A stretch of 64,000 nt of DNA from an uncultured Chloroflexia bacterium (lineage in GTDB: Bacteria; Chloroflexota; Limnocylindria; Limnocylindrales; CSP1-4), in the NCBI GenBank assembly GCA_963734895.1, contig CAVTIN010000003.1, forward strand, positions 67,718 through 131,717, in the 5' to 3' direction. Shown piece by piece: positions 28,839-37,443 of the stretch. Made by a program: the position numbers and the translations under genes. The notes beneath the pieces were generated by a model. That model saw only the letters and a program-made list of their open reading frames with translations, searched no databases and was not told the origin of the DNA. Within the stretch, counting starts at the first letter, position 1. The number at the start of each line of letters is the position of its first letter.

Positions 28839-30005
28839 CTACTTCCCGCGCAGCTGCCAGGACTTGCCCTCGGTGACGACCGACGGCGCGTAGACGATCT
28901 CGACGTCATGCATGTCGGCGATCGTCCGGGCGCCAAGCGCGGCCATCGACTGGCGGAGCGCACCCATCAGGTTCTGCGTCCCGTCGGTCACGTGTGACGG
29001 ACCGTTGAGGATCTGGTCCAGCGGCCCGACCGTGCCAACCCTGATCCGCGTGCCCCGCGGCAGGACCGGCGACGGGGCCGCCATGCCCCAGTTCGTGCCC
29101 CGGCCGGGCGCTTCGGCGGCACGGGCGAGCGGCGAGCCGAGCATGACGACGTCCGCGCCGGCCGCCAGCGCCTTCGCGAGATCGCCGCCGCGCCTCATCC
29201 CGCCGTCCGCAACCACCGGGACGTACTGCCCGGTCTCCGCGTGGTAAAGGTCACGCGCCGCCGCCACGTCCGCGATCGCGCTCACCTGCGGGATGCCGAT
29301 GCCGAGCACCTCCCGCGTGGTGCACGCAGCCCCGGGCCCGACGCCGACGAAGATCGCGGCGGCGCCCTGCTCCATCAGCTGGTAGGCGGCGTCCGCGTTG
29401 GTGGTGTTGCCCACCGCGACCGGGATCGGCATGAACCGGGTGAAGTCATCCAGGGCGAGCGGCTCGTAGCCGGACGCCAGATGCCGGGCCGAGGAGACCT
29501 GCGACTGGACGAGGAACAGGTCGGCGCCGTGTTCCGCGCAGAACGGCCCGAACCGGCGCGCGACGCCGGGTGTGGCAGATACCGCCGCCTTCGACCCGGC
29601 GGCGTGCAGCTCGTCGATCCGCCGCGCGATCAGGTCCTCGCGGATCGGCGCCGCGTACGCCTCCGCAAGCACGTCCTGAACCCGGTCGTCGGGCGCGTCC
29701 ACGATCCGGTCGAGCACTACCGATGGGTCGTCGTATCGCGTCTGCACGCCCTCGAGGTTGAGCACGGACAGACCACCGAGGCGGGCGAGCTCGCCGGACA
29801 GTCGCACGTCGGCGACGGCATCCATCGCGGCGGCCAGCACGGGGATCACGAGAGGCAGACCGCAGAACTCCTGCGCAAGGACCACGTCGGCGGGATCGAC
29901 GGTATCGGTGCCCGGGGCAAGCGAGACATCCTCGAACCCGTACGTGGGCCGGATCGCATCGACCTTGGAGCGGAAGACCCGCCGGTTCGCCAACGTCTCG
30001 GTCAT
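28839..30005 (-). CDS. IMP dehydrogenase-related protein (GuaB3-like, lacks the CBS pair)
   Basis: TIM-barrel IMPDH-like motifs (GVGPGAACTTREVLGIGIPQ, VVADGGMRRGGDLAKALAAGADVVMLGS). Trimmed to ATG 30005 (MTETLANRR). Confidence 0.8.
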   Translation of the reverse strand: MTETLANRRVFRSKVDAIRPTYGFEDVSLAPGTDTVDPADVVLAQEFCGLPLVIPVLAAAMDAVADVRLSGELARLGGLSVLNLEGVQTRYDDPSVVLDRIVDAPDDRVQDVLAEAYAAPIREDLIARRIDELHAAGSKAAVSATPGVARRFGPFCAEHGADLFLVQSQVSSARHLASGYEPLALDDFTRFMPIPVAVGNTTNADAAYQLMEQGAAAIFVGVGPGAACTTREVLGIGIPQVSAIADVAAARDLYHAETGQYVPVVADGGMRRGGDLAKALAAGADVVMLGSPLARAAEAPGRGTNWGMAAPSPVLPRGTRIRVGTVGPLDQILNGPSHVTDGTQNLMGALRQSMAALGARTIADMHDVEIVYAPSVVTEGKSWQLRGK

Positions 30006-30115
30006 TCCGCCGTCCTCTCGCGCAATCGGGCCGCCTCCATCGCCTGGGCAGAGTCTAGCGGGAACAGGGAGGGCCATAATTCGGGACGTACCCGGACGGA
30101 TACAGGAAGGGGCGC

Positions 30116-30988
30116 GTGATGGCAAAGGACAGGTCCCGACAGGCTCGGAAGGCCACGGAGACGGGCATCGACGGCGAAGCTGGTGCCACCGAGGGCGGGC
30201 GCCCCAGGGCTCCCAAGATGTCCGGCAAGGTGTACCTCGCAGAGCTCGCGAAGCTCCAGATCGAGCTGGCCAAGCTCCAGGAGTGGGTCAAGGCGCGCGG
30301 CCTCAAGGTGGTCGTGATCTTCGAGGGCCGTGACGCCGCGGGCAAGGGCGGCGCGATCAAGACGCTGACAATGGCGCTCAACCCGCGCGTAGCGCGCGTC
30401 GTCGCGTTGCCGGCCCCGACCGAGCGGGAGCGCTCGCAGTGGTATTTCCAGCGCTACGTGCCACACCTCCCCGCGGCCGGTGAGATCGTGCTGCTCGATC
30501 GCAGCTGGTACAACCGCGCCGGCGTCGAACGGGTGATGGGGTTCGCGACGGCCGCCGAGGTCGAGGAGTTCTATCGGTCCTGCCCCGAGTTCGAGCGGAT
30601 GCTCGTGCGGTCCGGCATCACCCTGATCAAGTACTGGTTCTCGGTCAGCGACGCCGAGCAGGAGAAGCGGTTCCAGGGCCGCATCGACGACCCGACCAAG
30701 CGCTGGAAGCTCAGCCCGATGGACCTGATGTCGCGGACGCGCTGGGTCGACTACTCGATCGCCAAGGATGAGATGTTCCGCCACACCGACATCAAGCAGG
30801 CCCCCTGGTACGTGGTCAGCGGCGATGACAAGAAGCGGGCTCGCCTCAACGTGATCAGCCACTTCCTGTCGCTGATCCCGTACGACGACCTCACCCCGGA
30901 GCCGATCGCGCTGCCGCCACGCGAGCCGGATCGCGGCTACGTCCGGCCGCCGATGGACGAGCAGACGTTCGTCCCCGAGCGGTACTGA
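30116..30988 (+). CDS. ppk2: polyphosphate kinase 2
   Basis: FEGRDAAGKGGAI Walker A, SWYNRAGVERVMGF, and KRWKLSPMD lid motifs. The start is GTG 30116 or ATG 30119. Confidence 0.9.
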   Translation: MMAKDRSRQARKATETGIDGEAGATEGGRPRAPKMSGKVYLAELAKLQIELAKLQEWVKARGLKVVVIFEGRDAAGKGGAIKTLTMALNPRVARVVALPAPTERERSQWYFQRYVPHLPAAGEIVLLDRSWYNRAGVERVMGFATAAEVEEFYRSCPEFERMLVRSGITLIKYWFSVSDAEQEKRFQGRIDDPTKRWKLSPMDLMSRTRWVDYSIAKDEMFRHTDIKQAPWYVVSGDDKKRARLNVISHFLSLIPYDDLTPEPIALPPREPDRGYVRPPMDEQTFVPERY

Positions 30989-31075
30989 CCACCGGAAGCC
31001 ATCGGGTGTCCGGGCGAGGCGCAGCCCGCGGCGAGTTGCAGCCCCGGGGGTGGACGCTCAGCCCGGGGGTGACGC

Positions 31076-31564
31076 TCAGCCGAGGACGCGCGCGCCGTCG
31101 AGGTCGAGCTCGAACCACGGCGCACGCGCCGGGTCGAGCACGTCGTCGCGGATCCGTTCGATCGCGGTCCGGTACCCGGGCCACACGATTTCGCGGTGGG
31201 CCGTCCCGAGCGGCAGCCAGCGCGCGTCGTCGTGCTCGTGCGACAGGACCGGCTCCGCATCGGAGCGCACGCGGACCGCGAACACGGCGGCGGTCAGCAC
31301 GGCGTCGGCCGACGGCTCGTGGAACTGGTTGACCAGGTCGAGGTCGTAGAAGACCTCGATCTCCGACGGCCCGAAGCCCGTCTCCTCGGCCAGCTCGCGC
31401 AGGGCCCCGGCCGTGACCCGCTCCCCCGGCTCGAGCCCGCCCGACACGCACTGCCACAGGCCGGCCAGGATCCGGCCCGGCGCCCGCCGGACGAGCAGGA
31501 TCTCGGCGCCGGCCGCCCGCACCCGGAACATCCAGCAGTCCACGAGGTCGGGGCGAAGGCTCAC
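31076..31564 (-). CDS. NUDIX hydrolase
   Basis: The Nudix box GGLEPGERVTAGALRELAEETGF is present. GTG 31564 overlaps the DinB-like stop (GTGA). Confidence 0.8.
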   Translation of the reverse strand: MSLRPDLVDCWMFRVRAAGAEILLVRRAPGRILAGLWQCVSGGLEPGERVTAGALRELAEETGFGPSEIEVFYDLDLVNQFHEPSADAVLTAAVFAVRVRSDAEPVLSHEHDDARWLPLGTAHREIVWPGYRTAIERIRDDVLDPARAPWFELDLDGARVLG

Positions 31565-32145
31565 GTCGCCGCCAGCTGAAGCTCGAGCCGCTCCAGCTGC
31601 TCCAGGTGCATCAGGTCGTGAACGCCCGCGAACAACAGCCATTCGCCGCATCGCAGGCGGCCGACCAGTGGGTGGTCCAGCGGGCAGGGCTCGGTCTCGT
31701 GACCCTCGATGGCGCGGGATGCCCGCTCCACGATCCGCTGGCTGGTGGCGATCCGGCGAAGCAGCTGATCGCGCGTGGCGTCTGCCGCGCCGGGGATTCC
31801 GGGGATCACGGACGGCGCCTCAGCCGGCCAGCGCCCCTTCGCCGCGAGCGACCCGGCGATGGCGAGGCCCGACCGTGCGTCGGCGGTGTGTCCGAGCGCC
31901 TGGGCAACGTTCCAGTCGCCTTCGCCGCCGGGCATCGAGAACGCATCGTCCGCCAGCGTCTCGACGACGGAGACCAGCGCTGTCGCCACCGCCGTCAACT
32001 GGACGGCGATGCGCGGGGCGCTGCCGGATCCCGCGCCGCGACGGACCTCGCGGCGGACGGAGATGAACGCGCCCTGGTCGATGCCTCGCCACGCACGCAC
32101 GATGTCGGGGGCTGCGGGCCCGAGGGCGTCGATCCGGGTGGGCAT
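31561..32145 (-). CDS. DinB-family (DinB_2-like) four-helix-bundle protein
   Basis: His-containing helices (AQALGHTADA, GVHDLMHLEQL). The 387-aa ORF is trimmed to ATG 32145 (MPTRIDALG). Confidence 0.6.
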   Translation of the reverse strand: MPTRIDALGPAAPDIVRAWRGIDQGAFISVRREVRRGAGSGSAPRIAVQLTAVATALVSVVETLADDAFSMPGGEGDWNVAQALGHTADARSGLAIAGSLAAKGRWPAEAPSVIPGIPGAADATRDQLLRRIATSQRIVERASRAIEGHETEPCPLDHPLVGRLRCGEWLLFAGVHDLMHLEQLERLELQLAAT

Positions 32146-32180
32146 CGGCGGGTGGCGGGCTGCCGGGCCGCTGACCGGCC

Positions 32181-33113
32181 TCAGCCCGGCAGGAGCTGAC
32201 GCAGCGCGAACAGCACGTTCGCGGGCCGCTCGGCGAGGCGGCGCATGTACCACGGGTACCACGCGGCGCCGTAGGCGATCAGCGTCTGGACCCTGAAGCC
32301 GGAACGGGCAAGACGGCGCTGCTCCTTGGCCCGGATGCCGTAGAGCATCTGGACCTCGAAGGCGTCCTTCTGAACGCCTGCGGCAGCGGCGTGGCCGGCG
32401 ATCTGCTCCACGAGCTCCACGTCGTGCGTGCCAAGGCCCAGCCGGATGTCGCGGGTCCGGCTCTCCCGGAGCAGGGTCACCGCGACGGCCAGGTAGTTGG
32501 CATCGACCTCCCGCTTCGAGCGGAAGGCGACGTCGCGCGGCTCGTCGTAGGCGCCCTTGACCAGGCGGATCGCCGGGTTCATCGGCAGCAGCCGCTCCAC
32601 GTCCTTGGTCGTGCGTCGAAGGTAGGCCTGGAGGCAGATCCCCGTCCGCGGATGGGACGCCCGAAGCCGCTGATACAGGTTGAGCGTCCGCTCGACGTAG
32701 GTGCTGTCCTCCATGTCGATCCACAGGTACGAGCCCTGCGCCTCGGCCGCAGCCGCGAGCACTCGCAGGTGACCGAAACAGACGTCCTCATCGATGTCCA
32801 GTCCCAGCTGCGTCAGCTTGACGCTGATCTCGCCGTCGATCTCGGCGGCCTTGATCCGGGCCAGCAGCTCCTGGTAGTGGTCCGCGACCACCTGCGCCTG
32901 CTCGATCTCGGTCAGGTTCTCGCCCAGCTCGGTGTACAGGGTCCCGATCCCCAGCACGTGCAGCTCGAACGCCGCACCCAGCGCGTCGTCGATCTCCTCG
33001 CCGGGCATGAACCGTCGGACGGCGCGGCGCATGAACGGAAGTTTGGGCAGCCGCTCGCGCATCCAGGGGTTGCGCGCGAACCACAGAAGGATCCTGCGGA
33101 GCACCCGGTTCAC
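32181..33113 (-). CDS. proline dehydrogenase (monofunctional PRODH)
   Basis: ISVKLTQLG, YLWIDMEDS, ICLQAYL, IRLVKGAY and QMLYGI are PRODH barrel motifs. The GTG start overlaps the upstream stop. Confidence 0.85.
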   Translation of the reverse strand: MNRVLRRILLWFARNPWMRERLPKLPFMRRAVRRFMPGEEIDDALGAAFELHVLGIGTLYTELGENLTEIEQAQVVADHYQELLARIKAAEIDGEISVKLTQLGLDIDEDVCFGHLRVLAAAAEAQGSYLWIDMEDSTYVERTLNLYQRLRASHPRTGICLQAYLRRTTKDVERLLPMNPAIRLVKGAYDEPRDVAFRSKREVDANYLAVAVTLLRESRTRDIRLGLGTHDVELVEQIAGHAAAAGVQKDAFEVQMLYGIRAKEQRRLARSGFRVQTLIAYGAAWYPWYMRRLAERPANVLFALRQLLPG

Positions 33114-33439
33114 AGTCGTTCGAAGCGCTCCACCGGCAGCACGAACACCGTGGCTCCTCCGACCTCGACCTCGAGCGGGTAGGGCATGAAGAACTCGCCG
33201 GGCTCCATGATCGGCGGCATCGGGTTCACGATCTGCGTCCGCGCGTGGCAGTTATCGCGCACGATCGCGAGCACCTCATCGACCTGCGGCTCCTCGACGC
33301 CCACGATGACGGTCGCGTTCGACTGCTTGAGGAACCCGCCCGAGGAGTGCAGCCGCGTGGCGCGATGCTCGCGCTCGAGCAGGGCGTCCACGAGGGCGCC
33401 GGCATCTTCGTTGTGCACGATGGCGACGACGAGCTTCAT
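33110..33439 (-). CDS. PII-like cyclic-di-AMP receptor protein (YaaQ/DarA, DUF970 family)
   Basis: MKLVVAIVHNEDAGALVDAL..SSGGFLKQSNATVIVGVEE..PYPLEVEVGGATVFVLPVERFERL closely parallels B. subtilis YaaQ as I recall it. Trimmed to ATG 33439. Confidence 0.8.
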   Translation of the reverse strand: MKLVVAIVHNEDAGALVDALLEREHRATRLHSSGGFLKQSNATVIVGVEEPQVDEVLAIVRDNCHARTQIVNPMPPIMEPGEFFMPYPLEVEVGGATVFVLPVERFERL

Positions 33440-33598
33440 TGAATCCGAGGATAGCCCACCCGGAGACGGTCGATGTTGCCGGAATGGGCCAAACGCACGA
33501 TCAGCGGGTGTACGATGCCGACTCGCCTCGATCGGGCGCGAGGGCGCCGCCCAGCGACCCGGGAGCCCGCCCCGATCCGGCAGCACGCGGAGGCACAC

Positions 33599-34621
33599 GT
33601 GTCGGACTCCATCGGCGCCGGCGACGGCCCGCTCACCATCCTGTCTGCGGGCGCGGCCGCACTCGCGCGCGCCGACGACCTGGATACCGCGCTATCGGCG
33701 ATCGTCGAAGCGGGCGCGACCGCGGTCGGCGCGGCGACTGCCGCCGTGTTCACGCCCGGCGCGGACGGCAGCGGTCTGGAGCTGCTGTTGACGCTGGGCA
33801 TGCCGGAGCACACCGTCGATGGCTTCGCGGCGGACGTGTCGGGCAATCCCGAGCACCCGATCCACCGCGCCGCGGTCGACCGCACCGGATCGCTCGGGCG
33901 AACCAGCGAGATGCCGGACGGGGCCCCGATGACGGTCGTGGACCTGCCGCTCGTCGTCGCCAGCGGCGGCGTCGAGGAAGGGCTGGGCGTGCTGAGCTTC
34001 GGCTGGCCGGGAGTCCACGAGGTCGGCGTCGCCGAGGAGACCACCCTGGTCGCCATCGCCGATCTGGCGGCAGCGGCGATCGGGACGTTCCGCACGGCCT
34101 CGCTCGCTGCAGAGCGGGCCGAGTGGTTCGAGCGCGTCGCACACACGGATCCGCTGACCGGTCTCTCGAACGCGCGCACGCTGACGCGCATCCTGGAGCT
34201 CGAGGTGGCGCGCGCCCAGCGCCAGCGCAGCGAGGTGTCCGTCGCGGTGTTCGACGTCGACGGGTTCACCGAGCTCAACACGTCGGTCGGCTCGCGAGCC
34301 GGCGACCAGGTCCTGCGCCAGGTCGCCGCCGTGCTCGCCGAGAATGTCCGCCTGGTCGACACGATCGCCCGCACGGGCGGCGACGAGTTCGTGCTCGTGG
34401 CGCCGGGATCGGCCGGTGTGACCGTCGCCCACCGCGTGCTGGATGGGATCGCGACGCTGGAGGCCGTGGAGAACCTCCCGGTCACCGTCTCCGCCGGAGT
34501 GGCCAGGTTCCCGCAGGATGGTGGAGACGCCGAAGCGCTGATCGGCGCGGCGCGTGCAGCCCTCGCGAGCGGCGCCGGAGCGGCTTCGATCTCGGAGGCG
34601 GCGGGCACCGCCGGCGCGTAG
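33599..34621 (+). CDS. GAF-domain diguanylate cyclase (GGDEF)
   Basis: DPLTGLSNAR, the VAVFDVDGFTELN motif, and an intact ARTGGDEFVLVA active site. The start is taken as GTG 33599, which is preceded by GGAGG. ATG 33473 is also possible. Confidence 0.85.
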   Translation: MSDSIGAGDGPLTILSAGAAALARADDLDTALSAIVEAGATAVGAATAAVFTPGADGSGLELLLTLGMPEHTVDGFAADVSGNPEHPIHRAAVDRTGSLGRTSEMPDGAPMTVVDLPLVVASGGVEEGLGVLSFGWPGVHEVGVAEETTLVAIADLAAAAIGTFRTASLAAERAEWFERVAHTDPLTGLSNARTLTRILELEVARAQRQRSEVSVAVFDVDGFTELNTSVGSRAGDQVLRQVAAVLAENVRLVDTIARTGGDEFVLVAPGSAGVTVAHRVLDGIATLEAVENLPVTVSAGVARFPQDGGDAEALIGAARAALASGAGAASISEAAGTAGA

Positions 34622-34660
34622 CCCACCGGTCTCGTGGAGCTCGCATCGGCGGGCGAGGCG

Positions 34661-35353
34661 TCAGGCCTCGATCTCCACCTTGGCGACCGCATCCTGCAGG
34701 CACGGCATCCGGTCGACGACCCTGCCGACGGCCGAGATGGCCCCGGCGAGCACCGCGGCCTCATCGCCTGTCGCATCGACGATCGCGTAGCGTCCGGGCT
34801 CGGCGGCGGCAAACCCCAGGAAGGCAGCCCGGACCCGCCCGTGGTACTCGAGGTCCTGGAACGCCTCGAAGCGCGTCACCTCGGCCGACTTGCGGCCGAG
34901 GCCGAGCTCCACGGGAATGTCGAGCAGGATCGTGAGATCGGGCGCCAGCCCGCCGGTCGCGAGTCGCTGGACGGCCTCGAGCTCGCGCATCGGGACGCCG
35001 GATCCCTGACCCTGGTAGGCCAGCGACGAGTCGGCATACCGGTCGCACACCACCACGGCCCCGCGCTCGAGCGCCGGGCGGATCACCTCCGTGACGTGCT
35101 GCGCCCGGGCGGCTGCGAACAGCAGGGCGTCCGCAAGACCGGTGCGGTCGATCCTGGGCTCGGTGTCGAGCACCAGGCGCCGGATCTGCTCGCCCAGGGG
35201 AGTCGACCCCGGCTCGCGCGTCGTGACGACCTCGCAGCCCCCAACCCGCAGCGCGTCTGCGAGCCGAGGCATGAGGCTGGACTTTCCCGATCCATCCGGA
35301 CCTTCGAGCGTGATGAACACGCCTCGTCCGACGTGTGCGGCACCTGATTCCAC
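34661..35353 (-). CDS. tmk: thymidylate kinase
   Basis: FITLEGPDGSGKSS P-loop, DRYADSS, and lid region. Start at GTG 35353 (VESGAAHVGRGVFITLEG). The 424-aa ORF upstream is R/P/G-rich repeat sequence. Confidence 0.9.
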   Translation of the reverse strand: MESGAAHVGRGVFITLEGPDGSGKSSLMPRLADALRVGGCEVVTTREPGSTPLGEQIRRLVLDTEPRIDRTGLADALLFAAARAQHVTEVIRPALERGAVVVCDRYADSSLAYQGQGSGVPMRELEAVQRLATGGLAPDLTILLDIPVELGLGRKSAEVTRFEAFQDLEYHGRVRAAFLGFAAAEPGRYAIVDATGDEAAVLAGAISAVGRVVDRMPCLQDAVAKVEIEA

Positions 35354-35375
35354 GAACGCGAGTGTAGGCGATGTG

Positions 35376-35569
35376 CCGGGCCGTTCCGGGCCGGGCATCG
35401 TCGCTGGGCGCGGACCGCGCCGACGCCGTGCCGGGCCTCGGCCGCGCGTTGACTGCCAGACGACGAAACCGGGCCGTTCCGGGCCGGGCATCGTCGCTGG
35501 GCGCGGACCGCGCCGACGCCGTGCCGGGCCTCGGCCGCCCGTTGACTGCCAGACCACGAAACCGGGCCG
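35376..35569. repeat. 93-bp tandem repeat, 2.1 copies, 2 mismatches between full copies
   Basis: Units at 35376-35468 and 35469-35561, plus a 9-nt start of a third. Each unit carries the palindrome GGCGCGGACCGCGCC and a TTGACT hexamer. The repeat lies 23 bp upstream of the tmk start. Confidence 0.9.
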
Positions 35570-35757
35570 GCCACGCGCCAGGCGGTGCCCCAGCCCCGAA
35601 CCGTTGCCTCTGACGCCACGGAAGTCGGCTGCAAGGGCGACCGCGACCTGCGAGGGGCGATTTCGTGGCCCGCCAGTCAACACCCGGCGGCCCAAGGCGT
35701 GGAATGGCTGCCTGCGGGCCGAGCGGTCCGGATCGATCGTGTCTGCGGCCCGCTCGG

Positions 35758-36276
35758 TCAGGCCGGCAGGCCTACGGGCGTGGACGTCAGCGCGTCCGCT
35801 CGCTGCCAGGCCGAGAGGTGGGCGGCGATGGCCGCGAGGACACCGGGGACGCCCGCGGCAACGGGAGGTGTGAGCTCGAGGCCGAGCTCGATCGCAAGGG
35901 GCTCGACGCCGATCACCCGGACGCGCCTGGGCCACGACTCCATCACGTGGAGCGCGCCTAGCAGCTCTCCCGCTCCGAGGTCATGAACGCTCATCACCTG
36001 CTCGTGGCGAATGAGCGATGCCCCCTCGAGGTCGAGCAGCGTCCCGGGCTCGCGGTTCGCGTGGATCGCATCGACGACCACGAGCCCGTCCAGTCCCGTG
36101 AGGTAGGGCAGCAGGCCGAGCCCGACGGTTCCGCCGTCGATCAGCTCGACGGCGGACGGGTCCGACAGGACGGACAGGAGCTCGGGCTCGGTCTGGAGAC
36201 GCTCGATGACGATGGCGCCCAGCGCCTCGTCCGCCTCGAGCCGGTTGCCGAGCCCCAGCACGGCATAGCGGCTCAT
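35758..36276 (-). CDS. [NiFe]-hydrogenase maturation endopeptidase (HyaD/HupD family)
   Basis: VLGLGNRLEADEALG, DGGTVGL and VVVDA motifs. Its ATG overlaps the hypA-like stop (ATGA). Confidence 0.85.
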   Translation of the reverse strand: MSRYAVLGLGNRLEADEALGAIVIERLQTEPELLSVLSDPSAVELIDGGTVGLGLLPYLTGLDGLVVVDAIHANREPGTLLDLEGASLIRHEQVMSVHDLGAGELLGALHVMESWPRRVRVIGVEPLAIELGLELTPPVAAGVPGVLAAIAAHLSAWQRADALTSTPVGLPA

Positions 36277-36650
36277 CCCATCACCCGGGCTGTCGTCGGC
36301 GCGGGGTCACCGGACGTCGTCGTGGGTGCCCATTGCAGCGTTGCGTCCACCGCGTGGCCACCCCGGTCCGGAAGCGGCCACCCACACTCGGCACAGAACG
36401 GGTGGTCCGCATGGGCCTCGTTCGAGACGCCACAGGCGAGGCACTCGACCGGATCGGCCGTCACCTCGATCGCGACGTCCGTGAAGCCGTGCGCCCGGAG
36501 GGCCAGCTCGGCATGCAGGCGAGCCGCCTCGGGCGCGAGATGGATCGGATCGTGGATCCGGATCTGGATGGCAGATGGATGTCGGAGGTCCGGGCCGGCC
36601 GCGGCGATGGCATCGCCCACCGCCGCTGCGAGCAGGCCGGCTTCATGCAT
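36273..36650 (-). CDS. hypA: HypA/HybF-like hydrogenase nickel-insertion protein
   Basis: It has the N-terminal MHE motif and a zinc site, CLAC..CAEC. Trimmed to ATG 36650. Confidence 0.7.
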   Translation of the reverse strand: MHEAGLLAAAVGDAIAAAGPDLRHPSAIQIRIHDPIHLAPEAARLHAELALRAHGFTDVAIEVTADPVECLACGVSNEAHADHPFCAECGWPLPDRGGHAVDATLQWAPTTTSGDPAPTTARVMG

Positions 36651-37443
36651 CGGCGCGATCCCGATCTTTGGAGCGCGCCGACTCCTCCGGGGACATTCCG
36701 GCGAGACCCAGCGCCTCGACGGTCTGCTCGGTCCGGATGTTCTTGTAGCCGCTGAAGATCGAGGACACGACCCCGTTGCGTTCCTCGATGTCGACCAGGA
36801 TCGCGCTGTAGACATGGTGGATCGCGAATGCCCCGAACAGGAAGGTGACGATGTAGTGAAGCACTCTCACCGTCTGGATCCCGCCGGGAACCGCGCCGCC
36901 CCACCCGAACAGGAGGTGGATGGGTCCGGAAGGCATGATCCAGCCGAACAGCAGCAGCCCCGTGAGGATCTGCCCGAACAGGCCCACCGACACGACGGTG
37001 TACGCGAGGCCCGCGAGGTGGTTGTGACCCGTGTACGGGACCGGATGGCGTCTCCGGAACGTGTAGTACCGGAACATCTGTCCGAGCCAGTAGAACTGCT
37101 CACGCCGGTGGGGCACGATCTGGCGCCAGCTCGAGAAGCTGTTCCCGGCGAAGCCCCAGTAGAAGCGAACGCCGATCGACAGCGAGAACACGATCGCGAA
37201 GATCTCGTGCCACCACCGGACGCTGGCCATCACGGTCGAGGCTTCCACCGGCTTGGACGGGACGAGGAACGGCGCGTGGATGTACAGCCCGGTCGCGGCG
37301 AGGGCCACGATCGAGGTCACGATCAGCCAGTGGGTCACCCTGACGGGCACCTCCCACACGTAGATCGGCTGCGACCCGATGTGGCTCAGGTCTTCCTTGG
37401 CGGCCGGCGAGTCGATGTCACGGTGCTGCGGGATCGCGGCCAT
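36643..37443 (-). CDS. Ni/Fe-hydrogenase b-type cytochrome subunit
   Basis: Four TM helices with conserved His (THWLIV, WWHEIF, GHNHLAGL, AIHHVY). It lies immediately downstream of the large subunit. Trimmed to ATG 37443. Confidence 0.8.
   Translation of the reverse strand: MAAIPQHRDIDSPAAKEDLSHIGSQPIYVWEVPVRVTHWLIVTSIVALAATGLYIHAPFLVPSKPVEASTVMASVRWWHEIFAIVFSLSIGVRFYWGFAGNSFSSWRQIVPHRREQFYWLGQMFRYYTFRRRHPVPYTGHNHLAGLAYTVVSVGLFGQILTGLLLFGWIMPSGPIHLLFGWGGAVPGGIQTVRVLHYIVTFLFGAFAIHHVYSAILVDIEERNGVVSSIFSGYKNIRTEQTVEALGLAGMSPEESARSKDRDRADA

Noticed and set aside
31041-31078. A tandem ~19-nt repeat (GCCCCGGGGGTGGACGCTCA / GCCCGGGGGTGACGCTCA) between ppk2 and the NUDIX gene.
   Set aside because: It is a short, GC-palindromic sequence in a convergent gap, most simply explained as terminator hairpins. 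It partly overlaps the NUDIX stop codon. There is no evidence for more.
35354-35935. An N-terminal extension of thymidylate kinase implied by the 424-aa ORF, including two 31-aa repeats.
   Set aside because: The extension is Arg/Pro/Gly-rich and overlaps the end of the hydrogenase protease gene. Tmk homologues start a few residues before the P-loop, and GTG 35353 gives that normal N-terminus.
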